This document shows, one piece after another, positions 1 through 14,229 of a stretch of 64,000 bases of DNA. The notes under the pieces were generated by a model. The model saw nothing but the letters and a program-made list of their open reading frames with translations. It was not told the origin of the DNA and ran no database searches. The DNA comes from Octopus sinensis (taxonomy: Eukaryota). A program made the translations under genes and the position numbers. The DNA is taken from contig NC_042998.1 in NCBI RefSeq assembly GCF_006345805.1, positions 123,628,001 to 123,692,000 of the forward strand. The letters are read 5' to 3'. The first letter of the stretch is position 1. Each line of letters starts with the position of its first letter.

Positions 1-571
1 ATTATTATGTGAATAAACACATACACAGATTGAGTTAACGCTACAAAATATGAAAAAAATACATGCATTTAAAAACAAATATATGCACATGGAGCTACAA
101 AGATTTATAGAAAAAAATACCGCGTCATTATTATAACTAATGGCATCACATATTACACTAGTTATGATGAGACAGCAGAGTATATAAAACAGGATAACTT
201 TTATTAATATATTTTCATGTCGATAGAATAATATTCGAAAATATAGAACTGTTCAACTCATAGAATATTCACTCATCCATAGTAATGATTGATATTAGGT
301 AACGTCAAAATTATCATTTATGAAAATATAAGAGTGAGATTTATGTCGTCCGGGAATTATTTGAAAACTATCTTGGGAAAGCCGTAATGCAAAAATTATG
401 TCATTTTTGTAAGAAAAGGTAATAGATTTAGACTTTATATAAGACTTTCTGTTTTGGTAACAACTTATTGTAATTGCGTGTAGGAATGTAAGTTTGTGCA
501 CGTGTGAGAACACGCACGCACGCGCGCGCACACGCACATACACACGCACGCACGCACACACACATCACATG

Positions 572-1631
572 TAGGATTGGTTAGAAGGATTGTTCAGTTT
601 TGTAAGCGAAACAAAGTATTTTATTCAATCAATGATATAATTACCAATTTGTTCTTGTGGGTAGATCAATTAGTTCCTGCTCAAAGAATTTCCTGTTATT
701 GCTTGCTGAAAACTCTTTTAAGTGAATTTTTCTATTCTCTTCAGAGTTGAATATCCGTCCATTCAATGAATTCGGAAAAGACTGGAAAATGTGAGAATCT
801 GAAGGCGTAATATCAGGCTAATAAGGATTCTGTGGAAAAACCTCCAAACCAAGCCCCGGTATCTTAAGATTATTAAGAGCTGGACGCTTCTGGGGGATCA
901 ATGCGTTTACTTTGTCCTGCGGATCACAGTACACATCCGAAGTGATAAACTGTCCGAAGAAACTCATAAATTAGAAGACCCTTCCAATCTAACTAAGTTA
1001 AAAGCATAACCTTCTTCGAATGAAGTTCTGCTTTGGAGGTTATTTCTGCCTTATTACCGTTTGTACGATACATTTTTGTACCGACAGTGAATATTGTCTT
1101 GAAAAAAGGAAAATTTGTTGGGCAAGATTAACCTCATTCAGTTTATCTGGCACCCAAACATCGAGCCTGCTAACATATCTACGTTGAGGCAGCAATTTTC
1201 AAAACTCCAATTGTATTTCGGAGAAATATCTACGATCATATTGGTCGGAATACGAGGATTGGTGTTGCTGTTAATCTCAATTGACTGGCCAGAACGAGGT
1301 GCAGCTTGAACCGAAAAATTGTCCGATCAAAATCTTTAAAAGAGGTTTTTTACAAACAAACATCTTCTCCAAATATCTTCTCCATAACACCATCTCTCCG
1401 CACATAGTTCATATTTTCCTGCAGGTCTCCACTGCTTTCTTGCTCATTTTATTTACTGTAACAAAGCACGTGGTGTCGATATGTTTGTTTTAGTTCTATA
1501 TTTCCAGTTTCGCTACAAATTCCCGTCGAATTACGTTGTAGAACACCCAAGAGATAGACTGAAGTAAGTTATTAGTATGTTTGGAGTTTAAGTGTCGATA
1601 ACAACGTAACCAATTTCTTGGCCACCCGATA
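572..1631 (-). mobile_element. Decayed mariner DNA transposon, copy 1 (internally deleted, both TIR remnants)
   Basis: Minus-strand translation gives mariner motifs LDVWVPDKL (WVPHEL-like, ~1140-1168), KAELHSKKVML (~1005-1035) and GLEVFPQNPY*PDITPSDSHIF (YSPDLAPSD-like, ~785-850). Ends resemble degenerate TIRs (TAGGATTGGTTAGAAGG... and ...AACCAATTTCTTGGCCACCCGATA). Confidence 0.85.
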
Positions 1632-1634
1632 GAT

Positions 1635-1644
1635 GTATATATAT

Positions 1645-1730
<86 letters not shown>

Positions 1731-1758
1731 ATATTATATATTATATATATATATATAT

Positions 1759-1792
<34 letters not shown>
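1635..1792. repeat. (TA)n microsatellite between the two mariner copies
   Basis: Directly visible. Confidence 0.95.
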
Positions 1793-1793
<1 letters not shown>

Positions 1794-2447
1794 GCATAAC
1801 CTTCTTAGAGTGAAGTTCTTCTTTGAGGTTATTTCTGCCTTATTACCGTTTGCACTCCACGTTGTTATTGATGATACAATTTCGTACCGACTGTGAACAT
1901 TGTCTTGAAAAAAGGAAAGTTTTCTTCTCGTTTCTGAAGTGAAATACAGGTAGAAATTCGTTGGGCAAGATTGACCTCATTCAGTTTATCTGGCACCCAA
2001 ACATCGAGCCTGCTAACATATCTACGTTGAGGCAGCAATTTTCAAAACTCCAATTGTATTTCGGAGAAATATCTACGATCATCCTCGTCGAATTACAAGG
2101 ATTGGTGCTGCTGCCAATCTCAATCGACTGGATAGAACAAGGTGCAACTTGAACAGAGAAATTGTCCAATCAAAATTGTTAAAAGGATTTTTTCACAAAC
2201 ATCTTCTCCATAACACCATCTTCTCTGCACATAGCTCATATTTTCCTGCAGGTATCCACCGCTTTCTTGCCCATTTTATTTAATATAACAAAGCACGATG
2301 TATCGATATGTTTGTTTTAGTTCTATATTTCCAGTTTCACTACAAATTTCCGTCGAACTACGTTGAAGAACACCCAAGAGATAGACTAAAGTAAGTTATT
2401 AGAATGTTTGGAGTTTAAGTGTCGATAAAAACGTAACGAATGTTTTG

Positions 2448-2451
<4 letters not shown>
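1793..2451 (-). mobile_element. Decayed mariner, copy 2 (5' half of the transposase plus truncated TIR)
   Basis: Collinear with ~1004-1625 (AGCATAACCTTCTT... to ...TTGGCC); carries the LDVWVP motif; bounded by (TA)n on both sides. Confidence 0.85.
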
Positions 2452-2493
<42 letters not shown>

Positions 2494-2689
2494 CAACTTA
2501 TAAACAAGGGTAAAAGAAAAATTATTTCCATGCCAATATGCTGTTAACAGACTTTAAATCGTCAATTTCCACATATTATACACTCTCTATAAATACACGT
2601 CGTGCTGAAATCGGGAAGCTAGTCAACAGAATTTTTTTAAAGTTCGTTATTTCTATATTGAATAAATTTCGGACTCAATCTCATTCTTG

Positions 2690-5585
2690 ACATCCTAAAT
2701 AAAATAGTCAATAACCACATCGAAATAGACATCTTCTGTAAGCCCACAGATTCAAAACAATACTTATTATTCAACTCCAAACACATAATAATTAATATAA
2801 CCTTATAATCTAGCGAAAAGAATCTGTACTATAGTTTCGGACACCTATACTCGTGAACGAAGACTACTTGAATTCAGATCAATACTAATGAAAAGACATT
2901 ACCCAATATCATTAATAAATGATGGCATTAAACGAGCAAAGGAAATAGACATACGAATATTAAGGGAAGTCAACCGAAATACTACACCAGACTTAAAAAT
3001 GCTCCCATACATCTCCACACACAACCCTAGAAAGAATGAGGCCTTCAGCATCATTATCCAAAATCTAACCATCCTCACAGGAGATAAAACAATGAACAAA
3101 CTTTTAGGCTCACACAAAATTATCAAAAGCAAAATGCAACCGAAATCATTGACAAAAATATTAACCAGCGCAAGACTATATCCATTAACGACGGAACTAA
3201 AAGTGAAAAAAATGTGGTCGACCTAGCTGCGGCACATGCTCCCAGCTTTTGTGGGGTTCGGAGTTCCACTTTAAACAAGGTAAAATATTTAAGATTGAAT
3301 CAAATTTCACCTGTGCCTCGAGAAACCTTATCTATGCCATTACCTGCTTCGGATGCGGTAATCAGCACATTGGCCAAACACGAATATTACTCCGTCGAAG
3401 AACCACTCACAACAAAGAACAAATCCGCCATCCACAATATATCTCCGTCCTCAGTCACTGGTTCTTTCTCTATATGTTTTATTTTCCATTTCTACCCTAC
3501 TTCTCAGTCTGCCACTTCCATCGAGCCCATCCTCGATACCACTTCTCCTCCGCCTCATGTTTTCAACCATCCTCTCTAATTTAAAAATATGAACCCATGA
3601 CGGATTTCTCTTACTTGCCTATTTTATCGTCTTTTTCTACTGCTCCGATTCGCTGTCCACTTCACATCCGTTTCATCCTCCACCTCAACCGCTTTCTCCA
3701 CGACTTTCTTGCTCGCACCAAGCACTTCAAATTCCAATCATCCCTCCATCTTGTCCCACACAACGTCAGTACACCCACCACCTCCCCCACTCCTGATAAT
3801 GCCTACCAATCGCACCCAAACCCCACCACTGACCACTTACTTTTCCCCCCTCCCCTGACACCCCGCACCTATTGCCTCTTCTTTCCCTATTCATCTCAGC
3901 TGACTGTACCTACCATCACACCGTCCCCACCACCATTTTACACCATTTCCACCCCTCTTCCCTCTGCTGTGACTAATCCGTCTCAGCTTCCGCCATCTGC
4001 AGCTGGGCTTTTTCTCTTTAGTAGAAGGTCCAACACTTTGTGCACCGTGTCAGACTACATTCTCCCGTCCTACATACATCAAGCTGTTCAACTCCTACTC
4101 ATCGTCTCCGCAAGCTCTCTAGTAAGCGCTATGGCGGACAAATCACATCAGGGTTATAATCCACCACTGTTATCCAAGCGTCAGTCCTCTCTACTCGCAC
4201 TCGTCATGACCTTACCCAGCTCCCAATTCGCCTTAACCCCCATCCCCTCAACCTACCCCACCAATACATTACTTTTCCCGCTTTCTGTCATCTCAACTCT
4301 TCTGGGATCACGCCCGCATCTTCCCCAACCCGCCTTTCCCTTCTTGCAAACGTGATTGCATCGTAACTGACCGACTAGTCTGTAGCTCTTTCCTCGCGCA
4401 CGGCACTCAACCTTGCAAATTCCCTTGCTCTCGCCTATACTGCTGCTCTTATCACTTCCTCTAACGTCAGCGTCCTCACTGGTACACACAACTGTTTCAT
4501 CTAAGTCACCGACTCCTTACACCTTAAGTAATCCTATTAACCACATATCCTCCTCACTTCGCCACGCTGTGTATTTTGGACAAACTAGTCGATATCAGGC
4601 GGAGCCTTTGCCGAGTGCCTTCGTGACCGCTGACTCAGTAACGACACCACAGTCCCACGCCATTTCTGCTCAACTAGTCTTTCCTGCAACATCTGTACAA
4701 ACCGTCTTCGTCTGAAGCTAGAATTATTTTTTCTTCCCCGACTTCAATCCCTCGCAGTCGAAATCATCACCCCTTTTGATTTAAGCCTTTCCTTCACACA
4801 CACTTACAGACACCACCCACCACTTACGATTCCTCTGTCTCAATTTCTAAGTTCCACACACTAACACTACAATATTGAACTCACTGCCTAACACCACACG
4901 CACACCAACACATTGAAACTGCATATGCATAAAGTTGCATTTATACATTACTTCTTCCTACTCCACACACACTGCCACCAAAAATTCCATTATTTTCCTC
5001 GTGATACCTACCTTTGCAATTAATATATAATAACACACCTACATTTCCCAATTCATACAACTTTTCTCACCTTTATTCCACATAACATCTCTATCAAGTA
5101 TCATACACACACGCCCAAACATACGCAGTAGAAAGGCACACTATAGCTTCATACACAGACATGCACTTTCACAGACACACGTATGTCAGATAGCCTCACA
5201 CAAACACACATAAACCGAAACATGGACACACACATGTATATGAACATGCAGAAACACAAATATACAAACACACATCAGCCTCACACACGCGCACGTGCTC
5301 GCTTTCATACATATAGGCCAGATTCCTAGTTTGCGCCATGCCATCCTCGCCACAAGTCACTTCTCCGAGTTATGCCTCTTGTCAACGACCACCCCCACCG
5401 AACGCTTCGTACTTCTGGTCACTTCAGCATTCGTTGGCTGTTTGAGACACGTTTGTTCTTTCTCTCTCGATTTTGTAGAAGAGCATATGCTGGAAGCCTA
5501 AAAGAATTTTGCTTCTGCTTCCCTGAAGTTAAACTTGATATATTTTATTCGTTTTATTACCTCGCTTTGGCGTTGTTTATAAACA
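2690..5585 (+). mobile_element. 5'-truncated Neptune-like PLE: RT thumb and GIY-YIG remnant, long C/T- and CA-rich 3' region
   Basis: Frameshifted remnants LDIL..IDIFCKPTDSKQYLLFNS, LPYISTHNP and FTCASRNLIYAITCFGCGNQHIG (GIY-YIG with internal CxxC) over ~2690-3440, homologous to the element at 36512-37555. The 3' limit is tentative. Confidence 0.8.
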
Positions 5586-6944
5586 CACACATATATGTGT
5601 GTGTTTGTGAGTATGTATGTGTGTGTGTGTCAGATAGTGAGAAAGACGGAGAGAGATACAGGCAGAGAGAGAAATATAACTGAGCTGTAATATAACAGAC
5701 TACATTTCAAAATATTTCATGGCAAGTTAACGCACCAGGCTTTTAAAAAAAAAATCAGTCAGCTTCATTACATAGTCACACGGCAGATCTCACTCTGCGA
5801 CGAATAGACTGCGCAGGATACTCACCTTTCTGTCAACAGCTAGAGCATTTCTCCATAACAAAATACAATGAATGATTTTCTTACACCTTCAAATATATCT
5901 CAAGCGTATTTCAATTGGTCGCAAGTTTGTATTTATATGCATCACTGTTTATCACCCCTTATTTTAATTACGGCGAGTCGCTTAATAGTGCAACTAATTA
6001 TTCAGCGATGACGGGAACATCATAACAGGAGCTGGTCTTTCATGTCAATTCGTATCGTTTACCTTTTCTGTACCTGTCACTGAATCGGAGATATTATTCC
6101 GAAAAGCATGCGATGTAGCAGTTCAGTTAAGGAAAAAGGACTGGATGCGTTTATACCTTTCTCTCTGTATCGAAAATTTTGTCCTTGACGAAATAAAATA
6201 GTGAATGACTTTCTTACGGGTTCGAATATATCTGAATCATATTTGAACTGATAACAAGTATATATATGATGAACAGATAAACAGATGTACTCATGAATGC
6301 CAATAAAATAATGATTATTGTATAAGGATATCCATATAAATGTATTTATGATTGTCTCTATATTTATATTGACATATATTCATATACATTCATAGACAAA
6401 TTGTTATTTTTGTGTATTGATGAAAGTATGGTTGTCTCTACGTGGCAGTGGATAATATCGCAATGTCATATTTCTAATGTGCACTGAATATAACCTTAGT
6501 TTTGATTAAAACATGTGACATACGCTAGAAAGTTTATCTACTTTGGAAAAGAAGTTCAACTGATGTGAAATATTTTTACCAAACATGCTCATGTTATTAA
6601 ATCAAATTTGTTTGTTGTCACGTTCTTGACATTTTCAATTTATCATCGGCCAAACTGTGGCAGAGCCTAGAGACTTCAATGATACAAAATAAAAACACAG
6701 ATGTAAAAAAGAAGGTTATCATCAGGAGCGTTTAATCTGTTTTTCATCGGTGTAGGTAAAACAATTTTATAAGTAGACCGACTAAATGCAGGAAGGCTGA
6801 CCAAGCCGATTTATAAACAGAGTTTCAAGAGTTAAAAGAATGATGTTGAATAGAAATACATGATAAATCTATCAGCGTTAACGGACAACACCCGGTTAGT
6901 AATGTCACATGTACTTAAGCATGTGCTCCTTTTTAACTTGCATA

Positions 6945-7460
6945 TATAAAGGGTATACCTAAAAACGAATATACAATTTAACAGCTGATAACTTAATAGT
7001 CACTTTCTTTTATATTTAAAACCTTAGAAATAACGAAGGGAGCCAGTCAAAGTTTTGAACACAGGAGTTTTATTCTATAATGCTACTTAAAACTGGAGCT
7101 GTTCAGAATGACTACAAGATACATTGCAGAAGACTGCGGATGCCGAAGAACTCACCAAAGCAAGAGAAAATTTTAACAATGCATTTCCAGTGTTTAAGAA
7201 TATCTCTGTGGCAAGCGAGTCGTGATGTATCATTTTCATAATCATGCGACCATCGCATTTTCGAGCGCTGCAATGGGGAAAATGAAGACGATCCGGGCAG
7301 AAAAGTGGAGTTTTTGAGCGATACTATAGAAGAGGGAGAAGCTACATTTAAATTAAATGGTGCAGCTAACCACCACAATTGCACATATTGGGGACCTGAG
7401 TGTTCGTGTTTTACAGAGGAATATTATGTTAATTTATCAGAAATTACATTATGATACGTC
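6945..7460 (+). mobile_element. Tc1/mariner-superfamily transposase fragment (decayed)
   Basis: Plus-strand NEDDPGRKVEF (~7281-7313) and GEATFKLNGAANHHNCTYW (~7335-7391) match the SDEAxFxLxGxVNxHN..W first catalytic-Asp block of Tc1/mariner transposases. Boundaries are approximate. Confidence 0.65.
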
Positions 7461-7534
7461 TCAAAGTCTAATTCCCAAAGACCTGTCATAATCAACCGAT
7501 ACCTGCTGATATTTCAGTATCTATGTAGCCAGTA

Positions 7535-7753
7535 AGGCGGCGAGCTGGTTGAATCGTTAGCATGCCGGATAAAATGCTTAGCGGAATTTCGTCCGTCTTT
7601 GTGTTTTGCGTTTAAATTCCGCCGTAACCGCCTTTGCTTTCCATTCTATCGAAGTCTATAAGTACCAGTCATGCACTGGGGCCTATGTTACCGACGTGCC
7701 TCACTTCCCTACAAAATATTTCAGTCCATGTGTTTATAGCAGAAAGGATTTTG
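7535..7753 (+). mobile_element. SINE family A (Meta-domain-like central motif) with target-site duplication
   Basis: Head AGGCGGCGAGCTGG; same family as 7951-8075 and 50092-50334. Flanked by TATGTAGCCAGTA (7522-7534) and TATGTTGCCAGTA (7754-7766). Confidence 0.8.
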
Positions 7754-7950
7754 TATGTTGCCAGTACCCACACCCTGTGGACCGCTTAAATAAGGTAAGT
7801 CATGTGAAACGGAGGGAACAAGACAACACAGTCGCTTTCGAGAACACTAATGCACAGTCATTACACCTACTAAAGAAGGCGAATTCGACTTTTATCTCAC
7901 ACAGAGTATACATGTTGAGACATTTACATTCCTAAAATTGCTATACATTC

Positions 7951-8075
7951 TTCCACCCGAAAAGATGAAAGGCAAAGTCAACCTTGGGGGAATTTGAATT
8001 CAGAACATAAAAAGAGACGAAATACCGCTAAGCATTTCGCCAAGCGTGTTAACGCTTCTGCCAGCTCGCCGCCTT
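7951..8075 (-). mobile_element. SINE family A, 5' part, inverted relative to 7535-7753
   Basis: Reverse complement reads AAGGCGGCGAGCTGGCAGAAGCGTT...GAATTCAAATTCCCCCAAGGTTGACTTTGCCTTTCATC. Confidence 0.8.
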
Positions 8076-9789
8076 GTCGCCCACAATATATTATGATCTC
8101 ACATCATACTAATGTAATTGTTTTTGTGAACCGGGTAACATTTCGGTACTAATAGCTTGTTGATCTATATTGAAGTCGTTCTGATTACGAATCAGAGATG
8201 ATGCTAGTTCTATGAAAACAAACATCTCTAAAGAGACTCACACTTCTCAACTCAGAATTAGTTTTTATAATCCTTCTGTAAATACTTAATATTGTCATTT
8301 TTACTGAAAACTACTACTTTCCCGGTGATTTCTATGTTTCAATTTTGTTTTAACCTAAAGATATCACACTATAGAGTTCAGGCAAAAGCCATCTGACCCA
8401 TCATCGAGAATATATTGCAATTTGCGTGTATCTTTAACTAACTGTAATTCCAACGGTTTGTCAAATATTGCTGGTTTATTGTCCAGCAGAAAACTTTGAA
8501 CTGTCCATTATCCACATATGCATGATATGTACCATTTGGGGGCAGATCTGATCACTCTTATAAAGTGAGTTTTATAAATGACATGACAAGGGGCGTCAAG
8601 TAGTTTGTGTTGCTTTAGATGTTCCTGTACGTGTAACAGCAGCAATATTCTTGATACTTGAGCAGTACTGCAATGCAGTTGCCCAAGCTTTCTGAATTGC
8701 CCAATGTCTCAAATATGATATTAAGATCTTTCTCCTATGCAGTCTATTGAAAAACTTTAGCTATACATTACAAGGCAAGGTCACAATACTATTATTCTAT
8801 GATACACGTGCAGAAATAATTTTATATAAAGTGGGTCAAGGATATCTAAAGATTTTAATTATAAACAGAACAGCGCAAGTTTAACAAAAGTCGAATTAGC
8901 AAAGGTTGGCTAATTTCAAGTAACCGCATAAAACAACGGATTGATAGAATAAATAGACCACATATTTTGGATTCTCTGATTTTAACTCTCGCTAAGGTAA
9001 CATTTTATTTTAGAACTGTCGGGCCTGTTAAGAGCTCTGAATAAACGGGATTCATATAGCGTCGGACAAGATACCACACGATATATCTTCTGAGCTTTTG
9101 AGATTTTATTTCCGTACAAAATATACTGTTGACTAAGGCTAATACACTTACCACGGAAGCAGACCGTTCTGCCTATAAATCATCAGAACGAACATATAGG
9201 TTTACGAACAGCATAGATAAGTGAAGCTTTCATCCAGTCGTATATTGACATCGGCCGAAAGAAACTGAAATCAGTACTATTCTCTAATATTTTGAAATTT
9301 CTGTATGATCGGAATATGAGGTTCACACCATTTGTTATTCTCTACTGCCGAAAGTGTGCGTGATGTAAACACTATAAAACAAAATTAACTTCTTACTACA
9401 CGAAAAAAATTATTATTGCCCCAAATAACCTTGAACAGCAAAGTTGAAGACATATTACCGATATATCACGAATAAATAATATGTTCTACTGTCCTATCAC
9501 AGTTTCAGCAAAACCTTACAAGCATCTTCACACAGGAAACAAAAAAATAAACATAACAATTATATTATTCATTATTCTTCTGCACTACTGTTATTACATA
9601 TTATCATATATGATTTGAAAATTTATTTGATTTGATGTTTAAAATAAATTGAGAGTACGTGGAGATATAATATTAGATATTAAAATCAAATCTCCAAGGA
9701 AAATAAATATTATCGCTTAGTTCTCCGAAGAAAACAGCCATTTTAAAAACAACTACAACAGTAAAGTAATGCCCTACATCAATATGCGA

Positions 9790-11057
<1,268 letters not shown>

Positions 11058-13834
11058 TTCTTTTATATATTCTTGCAGTAAGTAATGATATTTTGATATT
11101 GAATATAGGAAATTCACTTTATAGTAAGAAAATCTCTTTATAGAAATTATGCTCAACCAAAGATATTTCACGCCCAAGAAACCGATAACCTTGCCTCATT
11201 TGCTTACATTGTGTACCAGGCTTATAAGCAGAGTTATTTACAGTTTGAATGATAGTATACTTGCAAAGTGATCCATTCTCGAAGTTAATATGTTTATGGA
11301 TAAATTTATGACAACCAAAATCAACTGGAGCAAGTGAGAACACACCTACACCTACATAAAAATAAAACGAAAGTAACCGTTTATATATGTGTGTGTGCTT
11401 CTGTGTGCATGTATTTATGTACGTGAGAATTTAAAGGGCCTTACAGCAGTCTTATACTTATTTGTAAAGTAGAATATGTTTGTTTATTATTAGTCAAATC
11501 TTACGATGTTTGTGTTTCATATTTTGTCCCGTTAGGCAGTGTGGAAAGCGAAAATATATGGATAAGAATTGTTTAGCGTTGCAGTTATAATAGTTTGGAT
11601 TTGGTACAGTTGAATAAGAATGTAATATATGTAGATTTAATCATAACTATTCAAAGATGTAAAGTATTTGTACTATTTACCTGGTCGCTTGCACTGTAAC
11701 GGTATAGAAAATCATAATCAGAAGAAAATATGTTTGCCAAAACTAACCCAAAATGTAGGGTATTATTCGCATAGTTTTAGTTTACGGTAGGTTTCTTGGC
11801 TTACGCTTCAATAATGATGTTTCTTATGTAGCTTTTAACAAAAGTGATGAAGGACGGAAAGATCCAAAATCAGTTAAACATTGGTAGATTCTTTGAAAAA
11901 TAATAGAGTGAAATAAATGGCTATCACTTTGCATTCTCTGCGACCTATTGTTTGCGATATAAAAACGATCACATATTTTTATGCAGTAGCGATCATAGTG
12001 CACGATATACTTCAGCAGCAAAAATCAACGAATGTATTTAAAAAGCGAAATATTTAAAATATTAATTACAATCACATTTCCAAGTTTTTCTTTAAACAGT
12101 GTTGGAGCAGCAAACAGTTTGTCAGATATGAGGTTTTATCTAACTGAACGAGATTAGCTGCAACGAAATAAATCTTCACTTTATTAATTATTATCCCTGT
12201 AAGATCTTAACCTATTTCTCGGCTGCATCAGTTTTATAAATGGATGAGACCTATTCGTTTTCTAATTGATTTCCGGCAAGTTTATGATTTTACACACGTT
12301 GTGCATTTAATTTAAGTGCAATAAACAAATTCCAGCAATATATTCTATATCATGCATTTCTCACAAAAGGCCCACGTTGTAATTAAATGCAATAAGTACC
12401 ATTGTCTTCAAAATATTTCATTAAAATTATAGTTGTAGCCTTAATTTCTAGATATCCATGTCAGACATTCTAGTTTTTGTCCTATAGTTTCTTGATGGAA
12501 CATTTTTCATCCTGTGCTAACCATATTGATATTCTCTCCTCTTCAACTGAGACTACATATAACTATTTACAGATGCTTTTCTATTTCCCTCAGATCATGT
12601 GCAATCAAAACAGATGAAACATGTAGTAATAAGAACGCCATTGAATGGTACAACAACATTTACTTTCCATAGGCTCGTGAATCATATATGTCATTTAACA
12701 TTTCGTATTGGTGGTCATCTGGAATATCATCATTCCATACTTTGATACAATTCTTACATTTTAAACACACACACACCCACACACAAATACATATATATGT
12801 GTGTTCATACTTGCATTTACATATTAAATATAAATTAACGACAATCATCGTCATTGGCTTATAACTTTTAGTTTTTCCTGCTTTAAAGGACTTGTGCCCA
12901 GTGTCATTATGTAAATATTGTCTTCTTCATACATTAGTTAAATAGTAATATGCTTCCAGTTGAGGGTGTCAGTGATTCCAGGCAAAATGACCGTCGAAGA
13001 TGGCAATGTAGAAGTTATTATATATATATATATACAAAAATCGGGCAAACTAGTTGAATATATATTGTGTGTGTGCGTGTGTGTGTATGTGTGTGTACGT
13101 GCGTTTGCGTGTATGTACGTATACAGGTTGAACAGAATAATCTTCATTCTATTCTGGAGACTATTCATAAAACTTATCTCAAAGAGAGAACACGTTTGCA
13201 AATAAGGCTTTAAAATACCCACTGATTTTGGAGGTGCAGCTATTTTTCGCCCTTCACCAAATATAAACCCCATTTTCTAATTCATGGTGGCAACAAAAAA
13301 AAAACAGGAAATTGAAACTGTTCGATATAAGTTCTCCCATCTCTTCTATCTAGACGTGGGTTTATGCTCTGAATTTATTTATTTTCTTTTTGTATAATAG
13401 TTATTATACTCTTGTCTCGTGTCTTGCCAGATTTACACGGACGTTTAAACTAATTAAACAGACACACACACACAAACACACATACACACACATACACACA
13501 CACACGCGCACATACACATACGAAAACAGAGAGAAAGTGATTGTGAATATGTGCTTTGTAAATAGAACGTGATTAAACCTCACCAGTCTTCCAAAGAAGC
13601 CCGAGAGCTGGCTGTCTTCTGTCGACAGGCTATTGCTATTATATCACGTATGGTAACTCGAATTCGTTGAAGGGGAAAATAGACACTGATTTGGAATTAA
13701 TTAGTAAAAGTGCTATAGGAAAAATGCACCGATTTTGAAAGTTTGCATAACAGTGTATTATTCTAGAAAACCAAAGAATATGTAGGGAGGGAACAGATAA
13801 ACAGAAATCAGTCGCCGTGCATTCGTTTCATAAA

Positions 13835-13930
<96 letters not shown>

Positions 13931-13989
13931 CTTTGGTGTGTATATATAAATGGATATAGGTTAAAGATTTATTGACGTGTAATAAAATT

Positions 13990-14200
13990 CCAGATATCAT
14001 CCGAATTTATTTCGGATATATTGACTTTGATATCAAGGAAATATATCCCAATAAATATTGCCATTGATTAATTTCACCGTAAGAGATAAAATTAAGGAAC
14101 TCGAAAAATTCCGTAATTAAAGACATTTTGATCAGTGAAATTTTATGTTGCTCTTATCAATACTTTTTCATTGCGTAGGACGACATTTTTCGAAATGAAA
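13990..14200 (+). mobile_element. Possible short PLE-type RT fragment
   Basis: IDFDIKEIYPN resembles the PLE RT motif FDI..LYPSI; no other clear motif. Confidence 0.3.
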
Positions 14201-14229
14201 TATATATATATATGCATATATGCCTATGC

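Noticed and set aside
3597-4715. 252-aa and 100-aa P/S/T/L-rich ORFs as host genes
   Set aside because: C/T-rich composition suppresses stop codons; no domain motifs; located inside a PLE-associated segment.
8370-8760. Protein-like minus-strand stretches (LRHWAIQKAWATALQYC..., FDKPLELQLVKDTRKLQYILDDG)
   Set aside because: Interrupted by stops and not assignable to a family by eye; needs a translated search.
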